From NCBI GenBank assembly GCA_022649925.1, contig JALCOX010000001.1:30972-94971 (forward strand): a stretch of 64,000 nucleotides of DNA. Reading direction: 5' to 3'. This DNA comes from Bifidobacteriaceae bacterium. GTDB lineage: Bacteria > Actinomycetota > Actinomycetes > Actinomycetales > Bifidobacteriaceae. Each line of letters begins with the position of its first letter. The first letter of the stretch is position 1. Of this stretch, positions 17,873 through 29,412 are shown in pieces. The translations under genes and the position numbers were made by a program. The notes beneath the pieces are model-generated. The model saw only the letters and a list, made by a program, of their open reading frames with translations, was not told the DNA's origin and ran no database searches.

Positions 17873-17920
17873 CATTCACTCAATCGCGCATTCACGCAAT
17901 CGCGCATTCACTCAATCACA
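17873..17920. repeat. 16-bp tandem repeat x3, overlapping the rpsT stop codon and 3' UTR
   Basis: The three units are CATTCACTCAATCGCG, CATTCACGCAATCGCG and CATTCACTCAATCACA. Confidence 0.85.
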
Positions 17921-18176
17921 GAGCGTTGATGGCGGTAGCGAGACCGGACTTGCGGTTCGCGGCTTGGTTCTTGTGAATGACACCCTTGCCAGCAGCCTTG
18001 TCGAGCTTGCGAGCTGCGAGCTTGTAAGCGGCCTGGGCGGCTTCCTTGTCTCCAGCGGCGATGGACTCGCGAACCTTACGAATGTAAGTCTTGAGCTCGC
18101 TCTTGACGGCGACGTTGCGCTGGTGAGCCTTCTCGTTAGTGATGACGCGCTTCTTCTGCGACTTAATGTTTGCCAC
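17916..18176 (-). CDS. rpsT: 30S ribosomal protein S20
   Basis: The translation begins (V)[21 protein letters not shown] chose the GTG start at 18176, preceded by GGAGA. The listed ORF extends to 18221. Confidence 0.9.
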   Translation of the reverse strand: MANIKSQKKRVITNEKAHQRNVAVKSELKTYIRKVRESIAAGDKEAAQAAYKLAARKLDKAAGKGVIHKNQAANRKSGLATAINAL

Positions 18177-18383
18177 TGTTATTTCTCCAAACGACGTAAA
18201 TTTATGACATACGAAGTGCAATGATACACACTAAATCGGGCAAACTCCACAATTTGTGAGGGTCTTACCCGTATCCTGCACCTGCATGCGCCGCGCGTGC
18301 CCCGATTGCCGAGGCGGACGGCTAAACTTGTGTATTTGTAAGACTATCAGCAGGCATACCGAAATGCCTGAAGAAACGAGGTT

Positions 18384-20257
<1,874 letters not shown>

Positions 20258-20261
<4 letters not shown>

Positions 20262-21643
20262 AGGGTGAACCCGTGACGAACGACCGCAGCAACGACACTA
20301 ACGACACTAACGACACTTCCTCTTTCCGTCCGGTGGCGTCTGCGAACGCAGGCTCAATCATGCGGGCGCGGCAGCTGGAGCTCGGTCGTGCGGTGGCTCA
20401 GGATTCGCGCGAGCGGTCCCATCCCCGTCCCTTTGAAGTCTATTTCCATGTGCCGTTTTGCCTGAGACGCTGCGGTTATTGCGACTTCAACACGTATACC
20501 GCCACGGATCTGGGGGAGGGTGCGAGCAGAGGTAATTTCGCCAATCTCGCGGTTCAGGATGCGATCAAGCTGCGCCGGTGGCAGGACGACGCCGGGATCC
20601 CCACGGTCCCCGCGTCAACGGTCTTTTTTGGTGGGGGAACTCCCACGATCCTTCCGGCGAAGGATCTGATCAAGATGCTCGACACCGTGCGCAGCGTATG
20701 GGGTTTAGAGCCGGGTGCGGAAGTCACCACGGAGGCCAATCCTGACACCGTCGACGACCGCTACATCGCCACGCTGGCGGAGGCCGGGTTCACTCGGATC
20801 TCGTTCGGCATGCAATCGGCCGTTCCACAGGTGTTACGCACGCTCGACCGCACTCATTCGCAGGCCAACGTCGTGGCGGGGGTGGCAGCCGCTGAGAAGT
20901 ATGGCTTGCGCTCGAGTGTGGATTTGATTTACGGGGCCCCGGGGGAGAGCGTGGACCAGTGGTGCACTTCGGTGGAGGCCGCGTTAGATCTCGGTGTCAA
21001 CCACATCTCGGCGTATGCGCTCACTTTGGAACCCACCACGAAGATGGGCAGGCTGGTGAGCAGTGGTCGCCTCGCCTCACCCGATGACGATGACGAAGCC
21101 ACGAAATACGAGATGGTGGATTCCCTGCTCTCCACGGCCGGTTTCGAATGGTACGAGATTTCAAATTGGGCTCGCAACGGGGAAGTCTCGCGTCACAACC
21201 TCGGATATTGGAGGAACGCGGAGTGGGCCGGGATCGGTCCGGGGGCGCACTCCCACTATGGGGACATGCGTGCCTGGGATACCAAGCATCCGCGCATGTG
21301 GGCGAAGCAGCTGCACTCTGGATACATACCGTGGAGCGGCACCGAACGGGTGAATGCGGTGGAGTCCGTCGAGGAGACCGTCATGCTCGGGTTGCGGCTT
21401 CACGAGGGCTTGAGTTTGCGGAAGGTTTCTGAGCAGCGGCGGAAGGCACAGAATGAGGATGCAGTAGCTTCCTCAGACTTGGGCACGCAGATAGCGGCGT
21501 TGCGCGGTCTCGTGGGTGAACTTTCCTCGGAGGGGCTCGTTGAGGTTGTCGACGCGGAGTCATTGCGCATTCGCCCGACGCTGCACGGAAGGTTGCTCAA
21601 CGACCTCGTGATTGAGCGCGTGCTTGACGCGATGGGAAACTAG
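20258..21643 (+). CDS. hemW: Radical SAM heme chaperone HemW (coproporphyrinogen III oxidase-like)
   Basis: Has the CxxxCxxC radical SAM motif [10 protein letters not shown] and the conserved position after lepA. The start is uncertain (20258 or the GTG at 20273). Confidence 0.85.
20291..20317 (+). repeat. Perfect 9-bp tandem repeat x3 (AACGACACT) inside the hemW N-terminus
   Basis: Encodes NDT-NDT-NDT in frame. Confidence 0.9.
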
Positions 21644-21928
21644 CCCTCAATTGGCTCTCAATTAGCTCTCACTGGATGAGTGACCACAAGAGTGGCCTCG
21701 AGGATGACCACATAGTGTTCATCTGTTGCGCGAAGCGGGGCGAGCGTGACTATGGTGAAAGCCAAACACCGCCAAAAGCGGTCGCCGTTCTTTTCAAACG
21801 TGTTAAGAGTTTATTTCATGGCATGCAACGCCACATTAGCGTTAACAAACGCATCTGTAGTGTGAAACAAATCTACTCTGTGGATATCCATGCCCATCGC
21901 AGACTTGTGCCTGCCCATCGAAGAGGTG

Positions 21929-24900
21929 ATGACGTTGTCGAATCACGCGCCCTTGAATTTGAGTGTTCATGACAAAACGGGACTCTACGATCCCGCTGCC
22001 GAACACGATGCGTGCGGTGTCGCTTTTGTCGCTACGCTCACGAAGAATCCTCTGCGCAGCATCGTTGACAACGCAATCGAGGTGCTCGTCAACCTCAACC
22101 ACCGCGGTGCGGTAGGTGCGGAGGAGAACACGGGCGATGGCGCGGGCATTCTCATGGCCATGCCGGATGAGTTCATGCACGCCTCGGTTGACTTCGACGT
22201 GCCACAGGCCGGTTTTTATGCCGCGGGCATCGCCTTTCTTGATCGAGACGTGGCGTCAGGCGCCTCGCAGCAGCAGGCGATTGGTGATATTGCCGCTCAG
22301 GAAGGGCTGAAGGTTCTGGGATGGCGCGTCGTCCCCACCGACCCCAATGGTCTGGGTTTGCAGGCGCTGGCTACCATGCCCTCGTTCCGCACGGTGTATG
22401 TGGCTGACGCCGAGGGCCGCTTCTCCGGGATGTCTCTGGAACGCAGGGTTTTCCGCTTGCGTAAGCGAGTGGAGCACGAGGTCGGCGTGTACTTCGCGTC
22501 CCTGTCGAGTCGCACGATCACCTACAAGGGCATGCTCACCACGATGCAGCTCACGCCCTTCTTCCCCGATCTCAGTGATCCGCAGATGAAGACGGTGGCG
22601 GCGGTCGTGCATTCCCGCTTCTCCACCAACACCTTCCCCTCCTGGCCTTTGGCACAGCCCTTCCGCCTTCTCGCTCACAACGGCGAGATCAACACCATTC
22701 AAGGCAACCGCAACTGGTTGTCGGCACGCGAGGGACGCCTGAAGTCGGAACTCCTCGGTGACATGGAGCCACTGCTGCCTCTCAACACGGAAGGGTATTC
22801 GGATTCGGGTACCTTCGATGAGACGCTTGAAGTGTTGCACTTGGCGGGCCGCTCTCTGCCGCACGCCGTCATGATGATGGTGCCTCCCGCATGGGAGAAC
22901 GACGAGAGTCTCGACCCCGATCTTCGCGCCTTCTACGAGTACAACAACACGCTGATCGAGCCTTGGGATGGCCCAGCGGACATCATCTTTACTGACGGCA
23001 CCCAGGTCGGCGCCGCCCTCGACCGCAACGGACTGCGCCCCGGGCGCTGGCAGGTTGACAAGAACGGAGTGGTGGTGCTGGCCTCGGAGGCTGGCGTGCT
23101 AAACCGCATTCCGCAGACCGACGTCGTGCGCAAGGGCCGCCTTGAGCCGGGAAAGATGTTCCTCGTCGACACGGATCAGGGACGCATCGTCCCCGACGAC
23201 GAAATAAAGCGCAATCTCGCGGGGTTGCACCCCTACCGTCGGTGGCTTGAGAACAACTCTGTTGCCTTGTCAGATCTCCCTGAGCGCGAGCACGTCAACT
23301 ACACCGGCGTCTCGGTTCGTCGGCGTCAACGTGCCTTTGGCTACACGCAAGAGGATCTCAAGATACTGCTCACTCCGATGGCCAACACCGGCAAGGAGCC
23401 CATTGGTGCCATGGGCAACGACGCTCCCATCGCCGTGCTCTCCAAGCGCAGCCGCATGCTTTTCGATTACTTCACGCAAAAGTTCGCACAGGTCACCAAC
23501 CCGCCGCTCGATTGGGAACGTGAGCGCATGGTCACCTCGCTCGAGTCCGCGATCGGCCCCGAGCCCAACCTGTTGGAAGACTCGCCGCTGCACGCCAAAA
23601 AGATTGTGATTCCCCAGCCCGTCATCGACTCGGAGGAAATGGCCAAGCTCAAGCGACTGGATCGCGCCACAGCGCTCGGAGATTATTACAAGCCCTACGT
23701 CGTTAAGGGGCTGTATCAGGTCGCCGGCGGAGGCAAAGCCTTGGAATCCCGTCTCGAGGAGATTTTTGGCGAAGTGGACGCCGCCATCGAAGAGGGCAAG
23801 AACTTCCTCGTGCTCTCCGACCGCGACTCCAACCACACGTGGGGTCCAATTCCTTCGCTGCTGCTCACTTCCGCCATTCAACACCACCTGTTGCGTAAGC
23901 ACACCCGTACCCAGGTGTCGATGGCGGTTGAGGCGGGCGACGTGCGTGAGATTCACCACGTTGCGCTGCTCATTTCCTACGGTGCGGCCTGCGTGAATCC
24001 TTATCTCGCGCTGGAAACGGCCGAGGAACTTGCGCGCAAAGGGTATGTATCAGTCTCGCCGCAGAAGGCGGTCACCAACCTCATGCACGCGCTGAGCGAG
24101 GGCGTGCTCAAGATCATGTCGAAGATGGGTGTTTCGACCATCATGTCGTACAGGGGTTCGCAACTGTTCGAAGCGATCGGACTCGACAAGGAGACCATCG
24201 AGAAGTATTTCACCGGCACCACGTCGCGCGTCGGAGGGGTGGGGCTCGAGGAGATCGCTCGCGGAGTCGCACAACGCCACAGTGTTGCGTATCCGACACA
24301 GTGGACCGCGTCGCCTCACCGCAATCTCAAGCTGGGTGGCGAATACAAGTGGCGCCGTACAGGGGAGGACCATCTCAACGACCCCGATGCCATCTTCCTG
24401 TTGCAGCAGTCCACCCAGCGTGGCGACTACGAGATGTTCCAGCAGTACACGAGCCACGTCAATGACACCTCACAACGGCTCATGACCCTGCGTGGTCTCA
24501 TGCAGTTTGACTCGAAGCGTGCCCCGATTCCGCTCGAAGAGGTGGAGCCGGCCACCGAAATCGTCAAACGGTTCTCCACCGGTGCGATGAGCTACGGTTC
24601 CATCTCACAGGAGGCGCACGAGACACTGGCAATTGCGATGAATCGGCTCGGCGCTCGTTCGAATTCTGGTGAGGGCGGCGAGTCTGACGACCGCATTGCC
24701 GACCCCAAGCGCACCAGTCGCATCAAGCAGATCGCTTCGGCGCGCTTCGGCGTCACCAGTGACTATCTCGTCTCCGCCACTGACCTGCAAATCAAGCTGG
24801 CTCAGGGCGCGAAGCCCGGTGAGGGAGGCCATCTCCCCGGTGCGAAAGTGCCGCCGTGGATCGCCAAGGTGCGCCATGCGACGCCGGGTGTGGAGCTCAT

Positions 24901-26506
24901 TTCGCCGCCTCCTCACCACGACATCTACTCGATCGAGGATCTGGCGCAGCTGATTCACGACGCAAAGAACGCCAATCCGCGCGCCAGAATCCACGTGAAG
25001 CTCGTCTCAGAGTTCGGGGTGGGAACAATCGCGGCGGGCGTCGCGAAGGCCCACGCCGACGTTGTACTCATCTCGGGCCACGACGGCGGTACGGGAGCGG
25101 CACCCCTCAACGCGATCAAGCACGCGGGAACCCCGTGGGAGATTGGACTCAGCGAGACCCAGCAGACGTTGATCTTGAACGGGCTGCGCTCTCGGGTGGT
25201 CGTGCAGTGCGACGGCGAGCTCAAGACAGGTCGCGACATCGTGATCGCGGCGCTTCTGGGAGCAGAGGAGTTCGGCTTCGCGACGTCCGCTCTGATCGTG
25301 GAAGGTTGCGTCATGATGCGCGCCTGCCATCTCAACACCTGCCCGCAGGGCATCGCCACGCAGGATCCGGAGCTCAGAGCCCGCTTCACCGGCAAGCCCG
25401 AGTATGTGGTCAACTACTTCATGTACTTGGCGGAAGAGACTCGCGAGATTCTGGCCCAGCTCGGTTTCCACTCCATTGAGGAGGCCGTGGGGCACGTGGA
25501 GATGTTGGATCAGCGCGAGGCCGTGGACCAGTGGAAGGCGGAAGGCATCGATCTGAGCGCGCTGTTGGCGCAGTCAGGACCAACGCCCGGAACGATTCTG
25601 CATCACACCATCAACCAGGAGCACGGTCTGAGTAAGGCACTCGACAACAAGCTCATCGCGGAGGCGATGCCGGCACTTGAGCACGGCACACCCGTCACGC
25701 TGCACGCCGACATTCGCAACGTGAATCGCACGGTGGGTACGATGCTCGGCTACGAGATCACCCGCCGGTACAAGGCGGCTGGCCTGCCCGACAACACGAT
25801 TGACATCACGCTCAACGGCACGGGAGGACAGTCCATCGGGGCCTTCATACCGCGCGGTGAGACGCTGCGCGTCATCGGTGAGGTCAACGACTACGCCGGC
25901 AAGGGTCTGAGCGGCGGCCGCCTCATCGTGCGTCCGGCAGAGGGCGTGAGCTTTGACCCGCACACCAGCGTGATCGCCGGCAACGTCATCGGCTTTGGAG
26001 CCACCTCCGGGCAGATGTTCCTGGCAGGCACGGCGGGTGAGCGTTTCGCCGTGCGCAATGGGGGCGCCACGTTCGTTGTGGAAGGAGCGGGCGACCACTG
26101 CTGCGAGTACATGACCGGTGGCACCGTCCTGGTCCTCGGCCCCACGGGGCGCAACTTCGGCGCCGGCTTCTCTGGTGGCAACGCTTACGTGCTTGATCTC
26201 GACATGGAACAGGTCAACAAGCCCGCGGCGACGAACGGCACCCTCAAGTTCCTTCAGCTCACTGATTCGCAGGCCACGATGATTCATGACCTCATCGCTC
26301 AGCACGTAGAGGAAACGGGATCGAAGTTCGCTGCAAAACTGCTGGAGGACTGGGAGCACACCAAGGTCCGGATCACTCACGTGGTTCCGTCGCAATACGT
26401 TGCGATGACGGCCGCCATGGAGTCCGCCGCCAGCAACGACGTGGACTTCGAGCAGCCCGGAGCATGGGAAAACGTGTATGAGACCGTAATGGAGGGAGCA
26501 CACTGA
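21929..26506 (+). CDS. gltB: Glutamate synthase large subunit
   Basis: Has the N-terminal amidotransferase motif CGVAFVA, followed by the central, FMN and GXGXG domains over about 1525 aa. I chose the ATG at 21929, preceded by GAAGAGG. Confidence 0.95.
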   Translation: MTLSNHAPLNLSVHDKTGLYDPAAEHDACGVAFVATLTKNPLRSIVDNAIEVLVNLNHRGAVGAEENTGDGAGILMAMPDEFMHASVDFDVPQAGFYAAGIAFLDRDVASGASQQQAIGDIAAQEGLKVLGWRVVPTDPNGLGLQALATMPSFRTVYVADAEGRFSGMSLERRVFRLRKRVEHEVGVYFASLSSRTITYKGMLTTMQLTPFFPDLSDPQMKTVAAVVHSRFSTNTFPSWPLAQPFRLLAHNGEINTIQGNRNWLSAREGRLKSELLGDMEPLLPLNTEGYSDSGTFDETLEVLHLAGRSLPHAVMMMVPPAWENDESLDPDLRAFYEYNNTLIEPWDGPADIIFTDGTQVGAALDRNGLRPGRWQVDKNGVVVLASEAGVLNRIPQTDVVRKGRLEPGKMFLVDTDQGRIVPDDEIKRNLAGLHPYRRWLENNSVALSDLPEREHVNYTGVSVRRRQRAFGYTQEDLKILLTPMANTGKEPIGAMGNDAPIAVLSKRSRMLFDYFTQKFAQVTNPPLDWERERMVTSLESAIGPEPNLLEDSPLHAKKIVIPQPVIDSEEMAKLKRLDRATALGDYYKPYVVKGLYQVAGGGKALESRLEEIFGEVDAAIEEGKNFLVLSDRDSNHTWGPIPSLLLTSAIQHHLLRKHTRTQVSMAVEAGDVREIHHVALLISYGAACVNPYLALETAEELARKGYVSVSPQKAVTNLMHALSEGVLKIMSKMGVSTIMSYRGSQLFEAIGLDKETIEKYFTGTTSRVGGVGLEEIARGVAQRHSVAYPTQWTASPHRNLKLGGEYKWRRTGEDHLNDPDAIFLLQQSTQRGDYEMFQQYTSHVNDTSQRLMTLRGLMQFDSKRAPIPLEEVEPATEIVKRFSTGAMSYGSISQEAHETLAIAMNRLGARSNSGEGGESDDRIADPKRTSRIKQIASARFGVTSDYLVSATDLQIKLAQGAKPGEGGHLPGAKVPPWIAKVRHATPGVELISPPPHHDIYSIEDLAQLIHDAKNANPRARIHVKLVSEFGVGTIAAGVAKAHADVVLISGHDGGTGAAPLNAIKHAGTPWEIGLSETQQTLILNGLRSRVVVQCDGELKTGRDIVIAALLGAEEFGFATSALIVEGCVMMRACHLNTCPQGIATQDPELRARFTGKPEYVVNYFMYLAEETREILAQLGFHSIEEAVGHVEMLDQREAVDQWKAEGIDLSALLAQSGPTPGTILHHTINQEHGLSKALDNKLIAEAMPALEHGTPVTLHADIRNVNRTVGTMLGYEITRRYKAAGLPDNTIDITLNGTGGQSIGAFIPRGETLRVIGEVNDYAGKGLSGGRLIVRPAEGVSFDPHTSVIAGNVIGFGATSGQMFLAGTAGERFAVRNGGATFVVEGAGDHCCEYMTGGTVLVLGPTGRNFGAGFSGGNAYVLDLDMEQVNKPAATNGTLKFLQLTDSQATMIHDLIAQHVEETGSKFAAKLLEDWEHTKVRITHVVPSQYVAMTAAMESAASNDVDFEQPGAWENVYETVMEGAH

Positions 26507-28053
26507 TGGCAGACCCACGAGGATTTCTGAAAACCCGCACTCGCCGCGAGCTCGCGGAGCGCCCGGCGCAGGAGCGTGTGAACGACTGGTTTGACGTCCA
26601 CGCCGAATCAGGCGTGCAGCCGTGGACCGGTGAGCAGGCCGCTCGATGCATGGACTGCGGTACTCCGTTCTGCATGACCGGGTGCCCGCTGGGCAACATC
26701 ATCCCCGAGTTCAACGATCTGGTGCGTCAGGGTCAATGGGAGGACGCTTACAACCGCCTCTCCATGACGAACAATTTCCCGGAGTTCACCGGCCGCATTT
26801 GCCCGGCGCCTTGCGAGAAGGCCTGCGTTTTGGGCATTCACCAGCCGCCCACCATGATCAAGCTCGACGAGCAGACCATCATCGACCAGGCGTGGGATCT
26901 GGGTTATGTGACCCCTCAGCCTCCACAGCGGTTGAGCGATCAGACGGTTGCCGTGGTGGGATCCGGGCCTTCCGGACTTGCCGCCGCCCAGCAGCTCACG
27001 CGCGCCGGGCACACCGTGGTGGTGTTTGAACGCGCTGATGCCGTTGGTGGCCTGGTGCGCTACGGCATCCCGAACTTCAAGCTCGACAAGCATCTCATCG
27101 ACAACCGTGTCAAGCAGATGGAGGCCGAAGGAACACGGTTCCGCACCGGAGTCGAAATTGGGCGCGACATTTCCTGGGACGACCTGCGCAACCGCTTTGA
27201 TGCGGTCGTCGTGGCTACTGGTTCCACGGTTCCGCGCGACATGAAGATTCCGGGACGTTCACTCGAAGGAATCCACTTCGCGATGGACTTCCTGCCAGAC
27301 GCCACCCGGCGTGTGTATGGAGTCGAGCCCGAGAACGACATCACCGCAGAGGACAAGAACGTGATTATCATCGGCGGCGGCGATACCGGCTCCGACTGCT
27401 TGGGCACTTCGCTGCGTCAAGGTGCGAAATCAGTCACCGTGCTGCAGATCATGTCGAAGGAACCCTCCGAGCGGCCCGACAGTGAGCCGTGGCCCACCTA
27501 TGCGCGCACCTATCAGAAGACCTCCTCGATGGAGGAGGGCGGCGAGTACATGTATGACGTGGACTCCGTGGAGTTTCTGTCATCGGTGCCGTCGGGTTCC
27601 GAGGACCGGGTGTCCACGCCCGCGAACACCGCGGCCGATGGTTTCGTGGCGGATGCCTCCGGACACGTGACCGGGTTGAAGGTTGTGGACGTCGCACCGG
27701 GGGAGAAGGGTCCCTTCACACGGCAAGAGGGCACGGAGCGCGTATTGCCCGCTGATTTGGTGCTCATTTCCGTGGGCTTCTTGCACACCGATTCGGCTAC
27801 CTTGATGGAGCAGCTGCCGGTGGAACTTGACCAGCGTGGCAACATTTCGCGCGACGCTGACTTTGAAACATCGCAGAAGGGCGTGTTCGTGTGCGGCGAT
27901 GCTGGACGCGGTCAAAGCCTGGTGGTGTGGGCGATTTCCGAGGGGCGCAGTTGCGCGGCCGCGGTGGATAAGTTCCTCATGGGCGCGACCGAGTTGCCGA
28001 GCCCCATTACCTCTACGCAGCGGCCGATGATGTTGCCGAGGACGGGGAAGTAA
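26506..28053 (+). CDS. gltD: Glutamate synthase small subunit
   Basis: Has Fe-S cysteines (CMDCGTPFC) and the dinucleotide fold VAVVGSGPSGLAAA. The start overlaps the gltB stop (TGATG). Confidence 0.95.
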   Translation: MADPRGFLKTRTRRELAERPAQERVNDWFDVHAESGVQPWTGEQAARCMDCGTPFCMTGCPLGNIIPEFNDLVRQGQWEDAYNRLSMTNNFPEFTGRICPAPCEKACVLGIHQPPTMIKLDEQTIIDQAWDLGYVTPQPPQRLSDQTVAVVGSGPSGLAAAQQLTRAGHTVVVFERADAVGGLVRYGIPNFKLDKHLIDNRVKQMEAEGTRFRTGVEIGRDISWDDLRNRFDAVVVATGSTVPRDMKIPGRSLEGIHFAMDFLPDATRRVYGVEPENDITAEDKNVIIIGGGDTGSDCLGTSLRQGAKSVTVLQIMSKEPSERPDSEPWPTYARTYQKTSSMEEGGEYMYDVDSVEFLSSVPSGSEDRVSTPANTAADGFVADASGHVTGLKVVDVAPGEKGPFTRQEGTERVLPADLVLISVGFLHTDSATLMEQLPVELDQRGNISRDADFETSQKGVFVCGDAGRGQSLVVWAISEGRSCAAAVDKFLMGATELPSPITSTQRPMMLPRTGK

Positions 28054-28116
28054 GCATCCGTCTTGTTCTGTCAGTGATAAATCCGTCATTTTCCTGTAGG
28101 TTTCCGCGGGAGGGTG

Positions 28117-28270
28117 GCGGATTTTCATCTTATGTGCGGATTTCTCATCTGATGTGCGACTTATTTGAGAGAACTACGTGCAATTCGCATTTCGGAGAGG
28201 ACTTTTCAGGTATCGCGGGGCAGTCTTAGATTCCAATCGCACATGAGATGAGAAATCCGCACATAAGACG
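28117..28270. mobile_element. MITE-like element B (about 31-33 bp terminal inverted repeats, 77-bp spacer)
   Basis: TCTTATGTGCGGATTTCTCATCTGATGTGCGA in the left arm matches the reverse complement of 28237-28270 with 1 mismatch. The left arm carries an internal duplication of the CGGATTT(T/C)CATCT(T/G)ATGTG unit. The arm motif is shared with element A. Confidence 0.5.
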
Positions 28271-28339
28271 AGTCCTTCAGCGTGAGAAGAGCACGTAAAC
28301 TTGATAGCAGGCTCAGAATGCCCCTGGGGAGGTCACGCG

Positions 28340-29086
28340 ATGGCGAGAAAAGTGTCACGGAATTTCCTGACGACGATGTGTAGGAAGATAATGCTTGTCA
28401 TTACAACTGTTTCCGCGGTGGTCGTGATGGGCTTGGCTTTCTGCGTCGGAGTAGTGCCAGCATCGGCGGATGTAGCCGATGCGGCGGAGGTTCCGTACGA
28501 CATCCAAACCTACTTCCAACAGAAGGTCCCCGCTGCGATGCAAGAGGATTTGAAGATTCCGGATCCCAACATCAAATCGATTCAGAAAACGTATGTTGTC
28601 AGTGTTGACGACTCGGGAAAAGTCAGCATTGAGCCCTCGGATTCGTGGGCGGCAGCTGTATATGATACCGAGAGGCCTGTTGGTGCGGTGGAAGTCGTGC
28701 GCGATAAAAACGGTAAGCCGTCGACGCGTGGATTTTCTAAAGATGATGCAATTGCGCGATATTTGGTGACTGCCGAGGAGAGCAAAAGCCAACTCGTGAA
28801 AGCAGAGCAGCTAGGGGACGCCTTTTTCTTGCGGGCGAATGGTGAACTCACCCCGTTGAACACTGCCGCCTATCACATATTCACTAAGAAAACTAGTGAG
28901 GCGAAAGCGTTAGCTGCATTTCAGAAGAAATTCAATGAGCTAAAAACCACCGGCGGTGGTTCCACAGTTGCTGAACCCGTCACGTGGAAGTGGTTGTGGG
29001 TCGTGGTCGTTCTTGCCCTGGTGATCCTCATGTCTTCAGGAATCTATGTCGCAACGGGTAAACGCAAGGGATTTACTCATCAGTGA
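28340..29086 (+). CDS. Hypothetical exported, C-terminally membrane-anchored protein
   Basis: GGGGAGG lies 7 nt upstream of the ATG at 28340. It has an N-terminal signal-like segment (IMLVITTVSAVVVMGLAFCVGVVPASA) and a C-terminal TM segment with a basic tail (WLWVVVVLALVILMSSGIYVATGKRKG). I recognise no family motif. It looks AT-richer than its neighbours. Confidence 0.55.
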   Translation: MARKVSRNFLTTMCRKIMLVITTVSAVVVMGLAFCVGVVPASADVADAAEVPYDIQTYFQQKVPAAMQEDLKIPDPNIKSIQKTYVVSVDDSGKVSIEPSDSWAAAVYDTERPVGAVEVVRDKNGKPSTRGFSKDDAIARYLVTAEESKSQLVKAEQLGDAFFLRANGELTPLNTAAYHIFTKKTSEAKALAAFQKKFNELKTTGGGSTVAEPVTWKWLWVVVVLALVILMSSGIYVATGKRKGFTHQ

Positions 29087-29300
29087 GAATTATTCCGCAC
29101 TTCTTGATTTGAGCGATACTTTATGTGCATATAAGGCGTACTCAGATAATAGCAAAGTGCGTCAACGAAGACACTTGAAGTACCGGCAGAGATACAGACC
29201 AAATCGAATAGGTGTTGGGCAGCAAGTTCTAAGATGGCAGGTCATTATTATGGTTGGAAGTTACATCTAATGTCAGTATGCCAAGTGGGGAGAGGCAAGT

Positions 29301-29360
29301 ATGGATTGTGACAATGGCGGCTGTGAAATTGACTTCTCTACCAGTGGCGCATGCTGCTGA
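29301..29360 (+). CDS. Possible 19-aa Cys-rich micro-ORF (MDCDNGGCEIDFSTSGACC)
   Basis: GGGGAGAGG at 29287-29295 lies 5 nt upstream of the ATG, and a terminator-like hairpin follows at 29413-29435. The call is speculative, because short ORFs arise by chance. Confidence 0.2.
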   Translation: MDCDNGGCEIDFSTSGACC

Positions 29361-29412
29361 CGTTTTATGCTGGATACGGCAGATCCATATAAAAAAGATC
29401 TGTAATAGGTTT

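Noticed and set aside
21676-21972. A 98-aa plus-strand ORF in the gltB leader.
   Set aside because: It has no SD and its composition is atypical for coding sequence. It overlaps the gltB start region out of frame and has no recognisable motifs.
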